NCBI GenBank assembly: GCA_026413945.1
Contig: JAOAJX010000006.1
Location: 13,577 to 77,576 of the forward strand
Direction of reading: 5' to 3'
DNA from: Candidatus Iainarchaeum sp.
GTDB lineage: Archaea > Iainarchaeota > Iainarchaeia > Iainarchaeales > DTGL01
DNA length: 64,000 nucleotides
Shown here: positions 9,601-17,658 of the stretch, piece after piece
Numbering within the stretch: position 1 is the first letter of the stretch
How the letters are laid out: each line of letters begins with the position of its first letter
Program-made: the position numbers and the translations under genes
The notes under the pieces: generated by a model
What the model saw: the letters and a program-made list of their open reading frames with translations, nothing else
Databases searched by the model: none
What the model was told of the DNA's origin: nothing

Positions 9601-11236
9601 TGATTCCCTTACCTCTATGTTTAAATCAAATTCAAATTCATATACAGCAAAAGCGGCAACAGAGCTTGATGAGAAAGTAAAAAAGTTCACAAGCGGGGCA
9701 AAACAAGACAACATTGTACAGGCAAATGTGCACCTTGAAGGCCCAACTACGGGAATACTCCAAGGTGAAGAGCTTTTTTCCTTTTGGTTTAAGGGCGAGT
9801 CAACACCAACAACATACAAAACAGAGGGACAAAAAGTGATTGCTTCAGATAATAACCGAGCAATCATTGTGGACTTCAAGAACGGAAGAATTCTCTTAGT
9901 GGATCAGAATGGCAACATTTTAGATGTTATAACTGAAAACGATGTGCCTTCTCGCCTGATTTCTACAAACACAGATATACCTGCTGAAGAGATTCCAAAG
10001 CGCTATACGCTTGTAGGTTTGCCAGACTCAAATGACCCAATGTTTGAGATGAACATAGACTCTGAGCTTATTGTGCTCATCCCTGAAATTTCCGAATGCA
10101 TATTGAAAGGCATAGAGTATCAAAGCGGCTTGGAATACAAACAAGCAGACTTAAAGCGCCTTAATCTTACTGATGTCTTTGGAAAAGTGCTTGCAATCAC
10201 TACAGACACGCACACGATAAAGGCAGTAGCGGAGCAAAAAAGGATTGTCGCTGAGGGAATGCCAAGAACAATGGTTGAAAGCCAAAATGCAAAAGCAATA
10301 GTTCTTGCAAACAGGGAAACAAAAATTAAAGATGGCAAAGAGGAGTATGTTGGCTTATTTGAGTCTGTGCAGTTTGAAAATGGTGTAATACTTTACAAGC
10401 CAGACACTCACGAGCTCATTATTTGGCTTAAAAGAAACAAGCAGGCAGAGCTCTCGGGTAATGATGTGGGTGGAATTAAGCTAAGCCCTGCGCAAGTTGT
10501 TGACCCTGAAACAAATTGCCCTGTGCCAGCAGTATCATTACAAGCAATTCCAAAGGAAACTGAAGGCATAGGCGCTTACCGTGTTGAGCAGTTCAATAAA
10601 TCATTAGCTGCCTCTGGGCCTTTCAATGTATTGGAAACACCAACAAGAAGATTTGTGTTCTTCGCAAAATACGAGCCAGATGGCAAATGCTCGGGCCTAG
10701 AATGCTGCAAGAATTACATAAGGGTTATAAACAAGGAAACTGGAGAAGTTTATGAGGCGCCCATTGAAACATTCCAGGTAAGACCTGATGGCATATACAT
10801 AAAGGATGGAAAAGGTAACGAGCACAATATAAAGATCACCGCAGATGATGGAAAACCTATGCTTCAATATAATAACTATCCGCCGGAGCCACTTACAAGT
10901 GCACAAGGCCCAAACGGCTCATTTTGGTATGATCCAACTGCAAACAAATGGTATGCAGAAAATGCACAGCTTTTGCCATTGCTTGAAGCATTTAGGGCCG
11001 GAGCCTTGACTCAAGCTGGTGCAGGCGGAGTCGTAACAAAGGCAGGTGACAATATTTTGAATGTATCAGGCCTTGGCTCATCAGGTGGCTTCAATCTACC
11101 ATCTTTGCCAGAAGACGTGGTTTTTCTAGTAGTTTACCTTTCTTTGTTACTTACTACAATAACCACAACACGTACCTTTTTAAGTAGAAATAGCAAAAAA
11201 AACTTCTCAATGCAAAAGCAAAAAGATTTTAAATAA
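6659..11236 (+). CDS. Large (1525 aa) secreted/surface protein of unknown function with an N-terminal signal anchor and a C-terminal TM segment.
   Basis: The N-terminus DISLVFLVWILINYQFVLPVYAADESSD is an uncleaved or cleaved signal. The body is long, hydrophilic and Cys-poor. The C-terminus is ...GGFNLPSLPEDVVFLVVYLSLLLTTITTTRTFLSRNSKKNFSMQKQKDFK, a TM plus basic tail. No catalytic motif was recognised. Confidence 0.6.
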   Translation: MLLEMMFDYFRLPKQLAKDISLVFLVWILINYQFVLPVYAADESSDEKKAAPIRDKFTCEMGQLSKEDSFKILKLLAEGLTGSKIASSTKQDTNKDREKLENPTIIIPIDANKGEAAKVPVADEKFNISEAIHLTNDWISGPYAFGLVLTDTLRVGRCNNLEDKNIPCPVVDKQLTLRNSGEGIVSDFKPLTDILAIKGKKPEDFTEEEYKEIREKLGLPEDAQDELEMRIAASDFNEINIQAYKRAQGKMIPNSILTYTFNAYGQTTCNSSDCTITIYSLFDKYYNNWFSMEMTFSTFGPTLVGQARKLFQHLGVSKTFLFRLSETELADRLRRSLYNSDALFGRRLRARMKMRAQQYPEVAKFTKELTEGKGWTSGYELLTNPSIPRTVSSDWLGAGGWMSKIDDPIVKRELYRQAKDIEKFTKTQRAFLREAKENYLKAAKSGLGSPQEMAARVEYGKTISEAMLDYTDTLSLDVPGWFSKYSPVGLYTQNIKGVGDVSPAWIAGDSAYMYDMLKKYSIDGHFGGGWPGNAYHTEGKNLVLYRLVPEEAKIKDITFDELQKGWFKYEGFFVQTDSGVLLPVNETSLNTLKTQMTGAKPLFSLNEVKKKPTGRLTPEDFATKLMETKNTLQLEIFAPESAEKITQILQARGFELRRYSSLLDRAIAYQDNFIHNYMRPAGGLKWTALFNMYWVGKRGLNQKFASAYMLPDTWREVRWPLGQGEIYDDAFIDFFSHEGSDQGDMFRRLMSLMPWEWLMLNTFEKFEPVKNMYERLTGSNVRTSVENLAIYATTPQDCTNCGILMRSGMDYRYYFTNFYSGRKIDSYILEDAVSENVKNWGSTLIMFSRHTDLEGKEKNVSGSSRISLEEAVKKKKTCADAVEEATMGISKYIGIGTLFKPHTIGGALALTDSLGYALFGFGAVFGTLAQQLVIAPKLQDCVDVDGGYYTHIFVPAKKEDKGKAASQLSAETAMNSIRSFVDSLTSMFKSNSNSYTAKAATELDEKVKKFTSGAKQDNIVQANVHLEGPTTGILQGEELFSFWFKGESTPTTYKTEGQKVIASDNNRAIIVDFKNGRILLVDQNGNILDVITENDVPSRLISTNTDIPAEEIPKRYTLVGLPDSNDPMFEMNIDSELIVLIPEISECILKGIEYQSGLEYKQADLKRLNLTDVFGKVLAITTDTHTIKAVAEQKRIVAEGMPRTMVESQNAKAIVLANRETKIKDGKEEYVGLFESVQFENGVILYKPDTHELIIWLKRNKQAELSGNDVGGIKLSPAQVVDPETNCPVPAVSLQAIPKETEGIGAYRVEQFNKSLAASGPFNVLETPTRRFVFFAKYEPDGKCSGLECCKNYIRVINKETGEVYEAPIETFQVRPDGIYIKDGKGNEHNIKITADDGKPMLQYNNYPPEPLTSAQGPNGSFWYDPTANKWYAENAQLLPLLEAFRAGALTQAGAGGVVTKAGDNILNVSGLGSSGGFNLPSLPEDVVFLVVYLSLLLTTITTTRTFLSRNSKKNFSMQKQKDFK

Positions 11237-11277
11237 TAAAATGTTAAAATAATACACAAAACTTAAAAGGTGCTAAG

Positions 11278-12816
11278 ATGCCTAGCAAAGTTGCAGATAA
11301 TATAGTACCACAGAATGTAAAGCATCAGGGGATATATGATCTCACTGAAGATGACTTAAAGAAGCTTGATGAGACACAAACTGAGCGCATAATGAAATCC
11401 CTTGGGCAAGCAAAAGAACCTTTGAGAAAAAATATGAAATATATTTTAGGTGTAATTGTTGCCATTTTTCTGATTTTTGTTGCCTATCTTATAAATGAGA
11501 ATTTTCTTTTTGGCTCATACAGAGACCTTACAATTCAAGTGAAAGACCTTGAAAAACAAAGCATAAGCGAAAATATAGTCACTATAAAGGATATGTCGGG
11601 AAAGTCCGTCTTTGAAAAAAGCGGCGAAAGCACATACATTGCAAGAATACAAAAGGGCAAGTATGTTGTTTCTGTAAGTGCGACAAACTACAAGAAAGCG
11701 TCAAAGAATATTGAAATTGACAACTCAAAAACAATTGAAATATATTTGGAAAAGGATAGTGGTGTCAAGATAGACTCAATATCGTTCCCTACAACGCTTT
11801 ATATTGGACAGAATTTTATTTTAGATATCAAATTGAAAAATTATACAGTAACGAACGAAACTTTATTGCTTTCATTTGGAAATGACTTAAATCTCTTCAA
11901 CTGCCGTTTGGCTGAAATAATGGTGCCTGCAAACACTACACAAGATATATCTGTTCTGTGCGAGATTCCAGAAAACATTAAGTTAAAGTATGACTGCGAA
12001 CAAAAAAAGGCAAAAGTTGGAATAAAATATACTAATGAAACCGCTGAAAAGCAATTTAGTCTTTGTATAAAGCCAACAATCTCTATGAGTGAAATTAGTT
12101 TCACAATAGATCCGGTAACAAAACCAAACGAAAGGAAAGATATAGGCATAAAAAACCAAAGCCCGTTTCATGTAAAGGACCTTACTCTTGGCATAGAAAT
12201 AACTTCTTCGAAAGAGAATAAAGTTGAAGATATTCTTAAGTGGTTCGCATTTGGAAATGTTATAACAGATCCGAGAAACAAGAGAACAATTATTGAGATA
12301 CAACCAAAGTCAACCATAAATGAGCCATTGGAAGTAAGCGTACCTCTCACGGCAAAAGCTGAAACAATATATGGGAATATTGTATTAGATGCTCCTTACC
12401 TTAAGGAGCCTGTTAAGTCAAAGCTTACGCTTGCAATAAAGCGTACTCCACGTTTAGCATTTAAAGCAAACCTAACGGTTTCAAGGACAGTAATAGTTTA
12501 CAGAAATGACCTTCCCACAGAGATAACAGTTAAAGTACAAATAACTAATAGTGGAGACTTGCCAATAAAAAATATAGATATTAAAGTTGATAACCCGCAA
12601 GAATGCACAACACAATGGCTTAGGCCTCTTGATGTGCTTTCGCTTGACTCTGTTGAGCCACAAAAAGTTGGCTATATAACACTCATAGCTTCAGCGCCAG
12701 CAGATGCTACAAAAAACACAACGAAAAGATGTATAATAAGCATGACCTACGAAGACACCATTAAAGGTACAATAGAAACAGAAAATGTGGGGGTCGTTGA
12801 AGTAGTAAAAGGATAA
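11278..12816 (+). CDS. Type-II membrane protein with Ig/prealbumin-like extracellular domains.
   Basis: A roughly 55-aa cytoplasmic N-terminus is followed by the TM KYILGVIVAIFLIFVAYLI and then beta-rich repeats (for example KGKYVVSVSATNYKKASKNIEID). Confidence 0.55.
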   Translation: MPSKVADNIVPQNVKHQGIYDLTEDDLKKLDETQTERIMKSLGQAKEPLRKNMKYILGVIVAIFLIFVAYLINENFLFGSYRDLTIQVKDLEKQSISENIVTIKDMSGKSVFEKSGESTYIARIQKGKYVVSVSATNYKKASKNIEIDNSKTIEIYLEKDSGVKIDSISFPTTLYIGQNFILDIKLKNYTVTNETLLLSFGNDLNLFNCRLAEIMVPANTTQDISVLCEIPENIKLKYDCEQKKAKVGIKYTNETAEKQFSLCIKPTISMSEISFTIDPVTKPNERKDIGIKNQSPFHVKDLTLGIEITSSKENKVEDILKWFAFGNVITDPRNKRTIIEIQPKSTINEPLEVSVPLTAKAETIYGNIVLDAPYLKEPVKSKLTLAIKRTPRLAFKANLTVSRTVIVYRNDLPTEITVKVQITNSGDLPIKNIDIKVDNPQECTTQWLRPLDVLSLDSVEPQKVGYITLIASAPADATKNTTKRCIISMTYEDTIKGTIETENVGVVEVVKG

Positions 12817-12840
12817 TTCTTTTTTGTTGAGGGTGGTTTT

Positions 12841-13593
12841 TTGATAAGTATTGTGGAAAAGCAAGAAACAGACTTTAGTGGTTACACGTTAATAGAAGGA
12901 TTCCCAGGTTTGGGGCTTATTGGAACAATAACCGCAAATTACTTAGTGGAAAAGTTATCTTTTGAGAAATATGCACATATAGAAGCAGATTTCTTCCTGC
13001 CAGTTGTTAGGGTCCATAAAGGTTGGCCTAGGCATCCATCAATGATTTATGTTAATCATGAGCTTAAGCTACTTGTTGTATATTCGGAACAGATAATACC
13101 AAAAACATCAGTTTTTGAGGTTGCCAAAGCAATTGCTGATTGGGCAAAAAAAAGGAACATAGCAAGAGTTATATCTTTGGAGGGCATATACACTCAAAAC
13201 ACTGAGCAGAACAATTCAGAGGCTAATGATGTTTATGGGATAGCTTGCAATGAAAAAGCAAAAGAGGAGCTCCTTAAGCATAGTGTAAAGCTAGTCGAAG
13301 AAGGAATAACTAGCGGTGTAAGTTCAATTCTTATGCTTGAACTCACAAAAAGCAATGACATTATAAGCTATTGCCTTCTTGGCAAAGTATCTGTCATAGA
13401 AGACTACCATTCGGCAGCAATATGCTTAAATAAGCTCGCTCAGATTCTTGGGATTAAAATTGACACGCAACCACTTTTAAAGGAGGCAAAGCGCATGGAA
13501 GCCACACTCTCAAAACACATCAGAGATATGAAGAAAGTGCAGGACAGTGTGCAGAGATTTGAAGAAAGCGGCAACCCAATGATGTATACTTAA
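12841..13593 (+). CDS. PAC2-family protein (proteasome assembly chaperone-like, PbaA/PbaB-type).
   Basis: The N-terminal motif YTLIEGFPGLGLIGTITANYLVEKL matches the PAC2-family signature (LIeGfPGvGlvG...yL). It is about 250 aa with a TTG start and no nearby ATG. Confidence 0.55.
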   Translation: MISIVEKQETDFSGYTLIEGFPGLGLIGTITANYLVEKLSFEKYAHIEADFFLPVVRVHKGWPRHPSMIYVNHELKLLVVYSEQIIPKTSVFEVAKAIADWAKKRNIARVISLEGIYTQNTEQNNSEANDVYGIACNEKAKEELLKHSVKLVEEGITSGVSSILMLELTKSNDIISYCLLGKVSVIEDYHSAAICLNKLAQILGIKIDTQPLLKEAKRMEATLSKHIRDMKKVQDSVQRFEESGNPMMYT

Positions 13594-13614
13594 ATTTTTA
13601 AAGTTTCTTTTAGT

Positions 13615-14151
13615 TTAGCCAGAGTAGAGATAATAAAGCACTCCAACTAAAATTGGCTCCATGAAAAAAAGGAACAGGGCGAAAAATATTAATGTGCTAA
13701 TATAAGTTGAAATAAAAAGTGCAACTTTTTTATTGAATTTCTTTCCTTCCAAAGCTCTTGCGATAAAGCTAGCCATAAAAACGAATGGCATGGAAAGTAG
13801 TGCGAAAAAAATAGATGTGATGAAAACTTTAAACATTGAGTTAGTCGCAGATAAAAATTTCTCGGAGAGTTCTGGCCTTAGCTCAGCTGGAATTTCACCT
13901 AGCTGCTCGCGTGGCAAAGAGATTATATAAGGAAAAATATAGGCCAAAGAAACAGCAATAAGCGAGAACAAAAAGGCAACTAGAAGGGCGCTTTGAAACC
14001 ATGAAATCCTTAATCGCTTCTGGAGTTTAACCTGAATGTATTTGCCAAAAATAGCCAATAAAAAGAACAAAATTGCGAATGGCAAACTACCCTTTAGCAG
14101 ATCTAATATAGATAAAAGCAGTGCTAAGATATTATCAAAAAATCCCGACAT
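13615..14151 (-). CDS. Small polytopic membrane protein (about 5 TM), unknown function.
   Basis: The 178-aa ORF is dominated by hydrophobic helices. It is convergent with the PAC2 gene across a T-rich 21-nt spacer. Confidence 0.5.
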   Translation of the reverse strand: MSGFFDNILALLLSILDLLKGSLPFAILFFLLAIFGKYIQVKLQKRLRISWFQSALLVAFLFSLIAVSLAYIFPYIISLPREQLGEIPAELRPELSEKFLSATNSMFKVFITSIFFALLSMPFVFMASFIARALEGKKFNKKVALFISTYISTLIFFALFLFFMEPILVGVLYYLYSG

Positions 14152-14210
14152 TTGATTAATTAAAACAAAAACATATATAAATAGGTTTTGCTTTTATATT
14201 AAAGGGTAGG

Positions 14211-14891
14211 ATGGACAAAACAGAATTTACAACATACCATGTTATTCAACATATAGACTTAAGCTCAATCCCGAGAAGAAAAAGAAGGTTTTTTAGAAAT
14301 AAAAATCGCATAATAACTGCAGTATCTAAGCATATAGCCAACATGCCTGATGTAAGGGAAGCCGAAAAACAGCGCATAATACAAGAGCTTAGGGAAAAGC
14401 TTGAACACCTTGCAAAAGAGGAACTTATTCTTCTTTCAGAGAGAATATTTGATCAGATGAGCAAAGAAGAAGCAGAAAAGATTGTCGAAAAGAGCATAAG
14501 GGAGAAAAGAAAGGGCACTGAGCAGCTTACGAAAGCAGATATAGAGGAAATAGTCAACAGCATATATGAGCATATAAAAGAATCTAAACGCAACGAGGTT
14601 ATTGAAAAACAAAAAGAAGAAACAAATAAGGAAAAAGAATTGAAGAAAGTAAAAGAGCGCTTATCTTCGCTGAAAAAAGAGCCTGAAAAAGAAGTGATGC
14701 AACCAAAGCAACGAATTCAGGAAAGCAAGAATATACCTAGCGATGATGAAATATTGGCTGAACTTAAAAAAAGTTCTTTTGATGACGAGCTAAGTGAAAG
14801 TGATCTCTCATTAGGTGATAAAGAAAAGGATGAATCATTGTTCAGGGAGCTTGAGGAACTTACAAGTGAAGAGAAGAAGAAGAAAAAGTAA
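14211..14891 (+). CDS. K/E-rich coiled-coil protein, unknown function.
   Basis: It is 226 aa and highly charged (EKQRIIQELREKLEHLAKEE..., KKKKK C-terminus), with no TM. Confidence 0.45.
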   Translation: MDKTEFTTYHVIQHIDLSSIPRRKRRFFRNKNRIITAVSKHIANMPDVREAEKQRIIQELREKLEHLAKEELILLSERIFDQMSKEEAEKIVEKSIREKRKGTEQLTKADIEEIVNSIYEHIKESKRNEVIEKQKEETNKEKELKKVKERLSSLKKEPEKEVMQPKQRIQESKNIPSDDEILAELKKSSFDDELSESDLSLGDKEKDESLFRELEELTSEEKKKKK

Positions 14892-14894
14892 TTG

Positions 14895-15653
14895 TTAAAT
14901 ATCATTTATTCTTGTACAATTAAGGCTGTTTGGACCTATTAAGCTCTCATTTTCTACTCCAGGTAGCATTCCTGCTGAATGCCACATTATAAGGCCGGTG
15001 AATATGACTACGCTCTTACTTTCTCTACCGCTGTAAGAAGGAACAAAGCGCTTGAAAAGAAGCGTAATAACCCTTGTGCTTGTGGAATTTGGTGCATGTT
15101 TGAGAACAAGGTTTAAGGCGCGATTAAGCTTTAATTTTGGCTCGCAAAAGTATTCCAAGCGCTCTACGTTTTGTGGCCCCTTTATATCGTTTATTTTCAT
15201 ATAGACAAAAACAAAGCGATCTGTTTGATTTCCAGTTGGATTTCCTGTTGGTTCAGGTGCATAATCTGCTGGGGTCCAAAAATATAAGATATAGTCATAG
15301 TTTACTGCTCTCGGGGACATTATTTTGTCAAGGACCCTCTTTGCAAGAATTTTTGTATCATTTGCTATTGTTCCTGTGTTTGCATAATCCTCTTTCATCT
15401 TTGTGAGAAGCCAATCAACCTCATCTGCTGTTTCTAACTCGTCTGATGTGAAACGCGGTATGCTTGAATTAAGCATTGCACGCAATGCAGAAGATGCATA
15501 ATCTTCATTGAAGTACTTATGAATGTTTATTTCAACGCCACGGCCGTACGAAAACGAAATATAAGCCATTCCAGCAGCAAGTGTCGCAACAATTACTAGC
15601 ATAAAAAGTGCATCTGTTATTGAAGCCTGTGCCTTTTCACATTTCATTCCCAT
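14895..15653 (-). CDS. Pilin-like protein with an archaeal class III (type IV pilin-type) signal peptide.
   Basis: The N-terminus is MGMKCEKAQ|ASITDALFMLVIVATLAAGMAYI: a short charged leader, then a ~22-aa hydrophobic helix, then a soluble domain. It shares the EKAQ leader motif with the ORF at 16833-17384. Confidence 0.6.
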   Translation of the reverse strand: MGMKCEKAQASITDALFMLVIVATLAAGMAYISFSYGRGVEINIHKYFNEDYASSALRAMLNSSIPRFTSDELETADEVDWLLTKMKEDYANTGTIANDTKILAKRVLDKIMSPRAVNYDYILYFWTPADYAPEPTGNPTGNQTDRFVFVYMKINDIKGPQNVERLEYFCEPKLKLNRALNLVLKHAPNSTSTRVITLLFKRFVPSYSGRESKSVVIFTGLIMWHSAGMLPGVENESLIGPNSLNCTRINDI

Positions 15654-16147
15654 ACCACCACTACCAAAAGCATTGGTTTTGTTATTGGTTTTCTCAGCGC
15701 ACTATTATCTTTATAAGATACAGGCACCATGTGGACTATAACACGGCTGTTTAGCTTAAGCTTTTGTTCTATCTCAAGTGGGCAAGAAAAAAAGTTACCG
15801 TCTTGTGAAAATATTCTTTTACCTTCGTTCACGAAAGCATATATATCTATGTGCTCAAATGGTTGATTAAGGTCTACAATACCAGCCCTAAAATTATAGC
15901 CACGAGGATTAAGGCCATAGCAGATACTCTCAAATTCAGCATAATCATCTATTTCACGATCACTCTTAAGAAAGCTGGCAATGCTCATTGCATTAGAAGT
16001 TAAGCTAAAATTGGCAGATGTTTGCCTGTATATTGTATGGGCGCTATAGAAAGATGCAAAGAAAATAAGCAATGCAAATATCAGTGGAACCAGGCTTGGT
16101 AGGTCATCACCAATTGGACCAATATAGCCAGCAGCTCTTTTAAACAA
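15644..16147 (-). CDS. Pilin-like protein (class III signal peptide-like N-terminus).
   Basis: The N-terminus MFKRAAGYIGPIGDDLPSLVPLIFALLIFFASF precedes a soluble domain. There is a 10-nt overlap with the downstream gene, indicating an operon. Confidence 0.5.
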   Translation of the reverse strand: MFKRAAGYIGPIGDDLPSLVPLIFALLIFFASFYSAHTIYRQTSANFSLTSNAMSIASFLKSDREIDDYAEFESICYGLNPRGYNFRAGIVDLNQPFEHIDIYAFVNEGKRIFSQDGNFFSCPLEIEQKLKLNSRVIVHMVPVSYKDNSALRKPITKPMLLVVVVWE

Positions 16148-16828
16148 TTAAACCCCCCAGCATGTTGGAGCATCCCTGCTTATGCAGTCAGCAATGTTAA
16201 CATTGAAGCAGTTGCTCAAATCTTTTCTTTTCCTGTACAAGTAGCAGCCGACTAACTGTTTGTTTTGCTCGCAAATGCCTTTGGCAGTAGTTGAACACGG
16301 TATCAGATAAAGATATGGTTTGCCCTTATAAATCTCATGAACCACAGTAAGTTGATCCATCGTTATTGGTGCAGATCTAACATCAAGCACTGTTCTTTCT
16401 GTAGGACACAAAAGCGCTTCCTTTTGGTCATATGAAAATATTTGTATATCTGAGTTTAGGTCAAGCTGCGAAGAGCTCACTACTGTTGGATTACCACGCT
16501 TCTTTAGGTAATCGTTGCGTTCAATAATTGCAATTATAAGGTGCTGTTTGCCTGAAGTTAAAGATGTCTCTTTTCTCAATTCTACTACATAATAAAAGTC
16601 CATAAGGTTGTAAAAAGAGTACTTCCGTCTAAAAGCAATCTCTTGTGAATCGCAAAGGGCTTTTTGGCTCACCACACGAGAGATTGTTTCGGCAGAGCTG
16701 CTTGCAATATTTTTAGAGATGTCATAAAGCAACGTTGACCTAAATGAAAACGCAAATCCAACAATTATTGCAAATAAGGCAATTGCAAGTATTAAAAGAT
16801 TGATTTTGCTCAGCGTAAATTCCATCAT
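16148..16828 (-). CDS. Pilin-like or membrane-anchored protein.
   Basis: The N-terminus is MMEFTLSKINLLILAIALFAIIVGFAFSF, followed by a Cys-containing soluble domain. It abuts its neighbours at 0-4 nt spacing. Confidence 0.5.
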   Translation of the reverse strand: MMEFTLSKINLLILAIALFAIIVGFAFSFRSTLLYDISKNIASSSAETISRVVSQKALCDSQEIAFRRKYSFYNLMDFYYVVELRKETSLTSGKQHLIIAIIERNDYLKKRGNPTVVSSSQLDLNSDIQIFSYDQKEALLCPTERTVLDVRSAPITMDQLTVVHEIYKGKPYLYLIPCSTTAKGICEQNKQLVGCYLYRKRKDLSNCFNVNIADCISRDAPTCWGV

Positions 16829-16832
16829 AAAA

Positions 16833-17384
16833 TCACTTTTTGTAATATGCGCAAACTATTGGAAATGTCTGCCTCGGGGGTGTTTCGTTGACCAAATCAT
16901 AGTGACCTATTGGCATGTTATCGCGAAGATCTATTAGCGTGTAACCTTCGGAAGACCTGTCTGGACAATTATCAAGCGTTGTTGGGAAGTAAACCTGCAC
17001 TGCAGTTTTAAGGCAAAATCGCTCAACAAAATCTTTGCTGTCAAACAAAATGAAAAGGCATGCAGGAGTTGCTATATCACATGCGGAAGCACATATTACT
17101 TCATCAGTTGTAGAGACAACTTTTATCCTCTGGTTTCTATAGCACGATGGTGGGTTAAAGTAAAGCTTTGACCGGCTTCTTAATTCAGAGACGTTTTCAA
17201 GCTCAGAGCGAAATTTTTCAATGCTTGCCCTTAAGCGATTTTTGCAATCCTGATTAAGCATATCGCTCATTACCATAAAACCAATGTAGAGGACGAAACC
17301 CATTATTATCACAGCAATTAAAACCTCAAAAGGCGCAGATTCTTGCGCCTTTTCATGCATTCTGCTTTTAACCGTAGATATCAT
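16833..17384 (-). CDS. Pilin-like protein with a class III signal peptide.
   Basis: The track ORF extends to 17552 with an implausible N-terminal extension. The internal starts at 17384 (MISTVKSRMHEKAQ|ESAPFEVLIAVIIMGFVLYIGFMVM) or 17360 (MHEKAQ...) give a canonical short-leader plus hydrophobic-helix pilin N-terminus. Confidence 0.55.
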   Translation of the reverse strand: MISTVKSRMHEKAQESAPFEVLIAVIIMGFVLYIGFMVMSDMLNQDCKNRLRASIEKFRSELENVSELRSRSKLYFNPPSCYRNQRIKVVSTTDEVICASACDIATPACLFILFDSKDFVERFCLKTAVQVYFPTTLDNCPDRSSEGYTLIDLRDNMPIGHYDLVNETPPRQTFPIVCAYYKK

Positions 17385-17552
17385 GAAGTCACACTCTTTG
17401 TTGTTTTTGTCACTATCTTTTGGGTATTTTGGTACATTGGTTTTATAATATATATAATGAGAAGCGCAACAATTGCAAACACAAGGATTAAGTAAACTGC
17501 AGACCAATCGCCTTGGGCCTTTTCTTCTGGCAAGATGCCTTTTTTCAATCAC

Positions 17553-17658
17553 ACCACCATTAAATTAGAATATGCTTTGGACTATATAAAGTTTTTCAAT
17601 TTAGTTAAATTTAATAATAAGTTAAAATATCAATCCTAAAGAAGAGGCGTGAATTAAA
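17553..17658. promoter_or_regulatory. AT-rich divergent intergenic region between the pilin operon (-) and the ATPase gene (+). It probably carries two archaeal promoters (TATA-like ctatataaag at about 17586-17596).
   Basis: It is the only sizeable non-coding gap between divergent operons of module 2. TATA-like octamers are present. The call rests on inference and no TSS data are available. Confidence 0.3.

Noticed and set aside
16833-17552. Full-length track ORF with a 56-aa Cys-rich N-terminal extension (MIEKRHLARRKGPRRLVCSLLNPCVCNCC...).
   Set aside because: The extension runs into the divergent promoter region and destroys the pilin-type N-terminus. The internal starts at 17384 or 17360 give a canonical leader.
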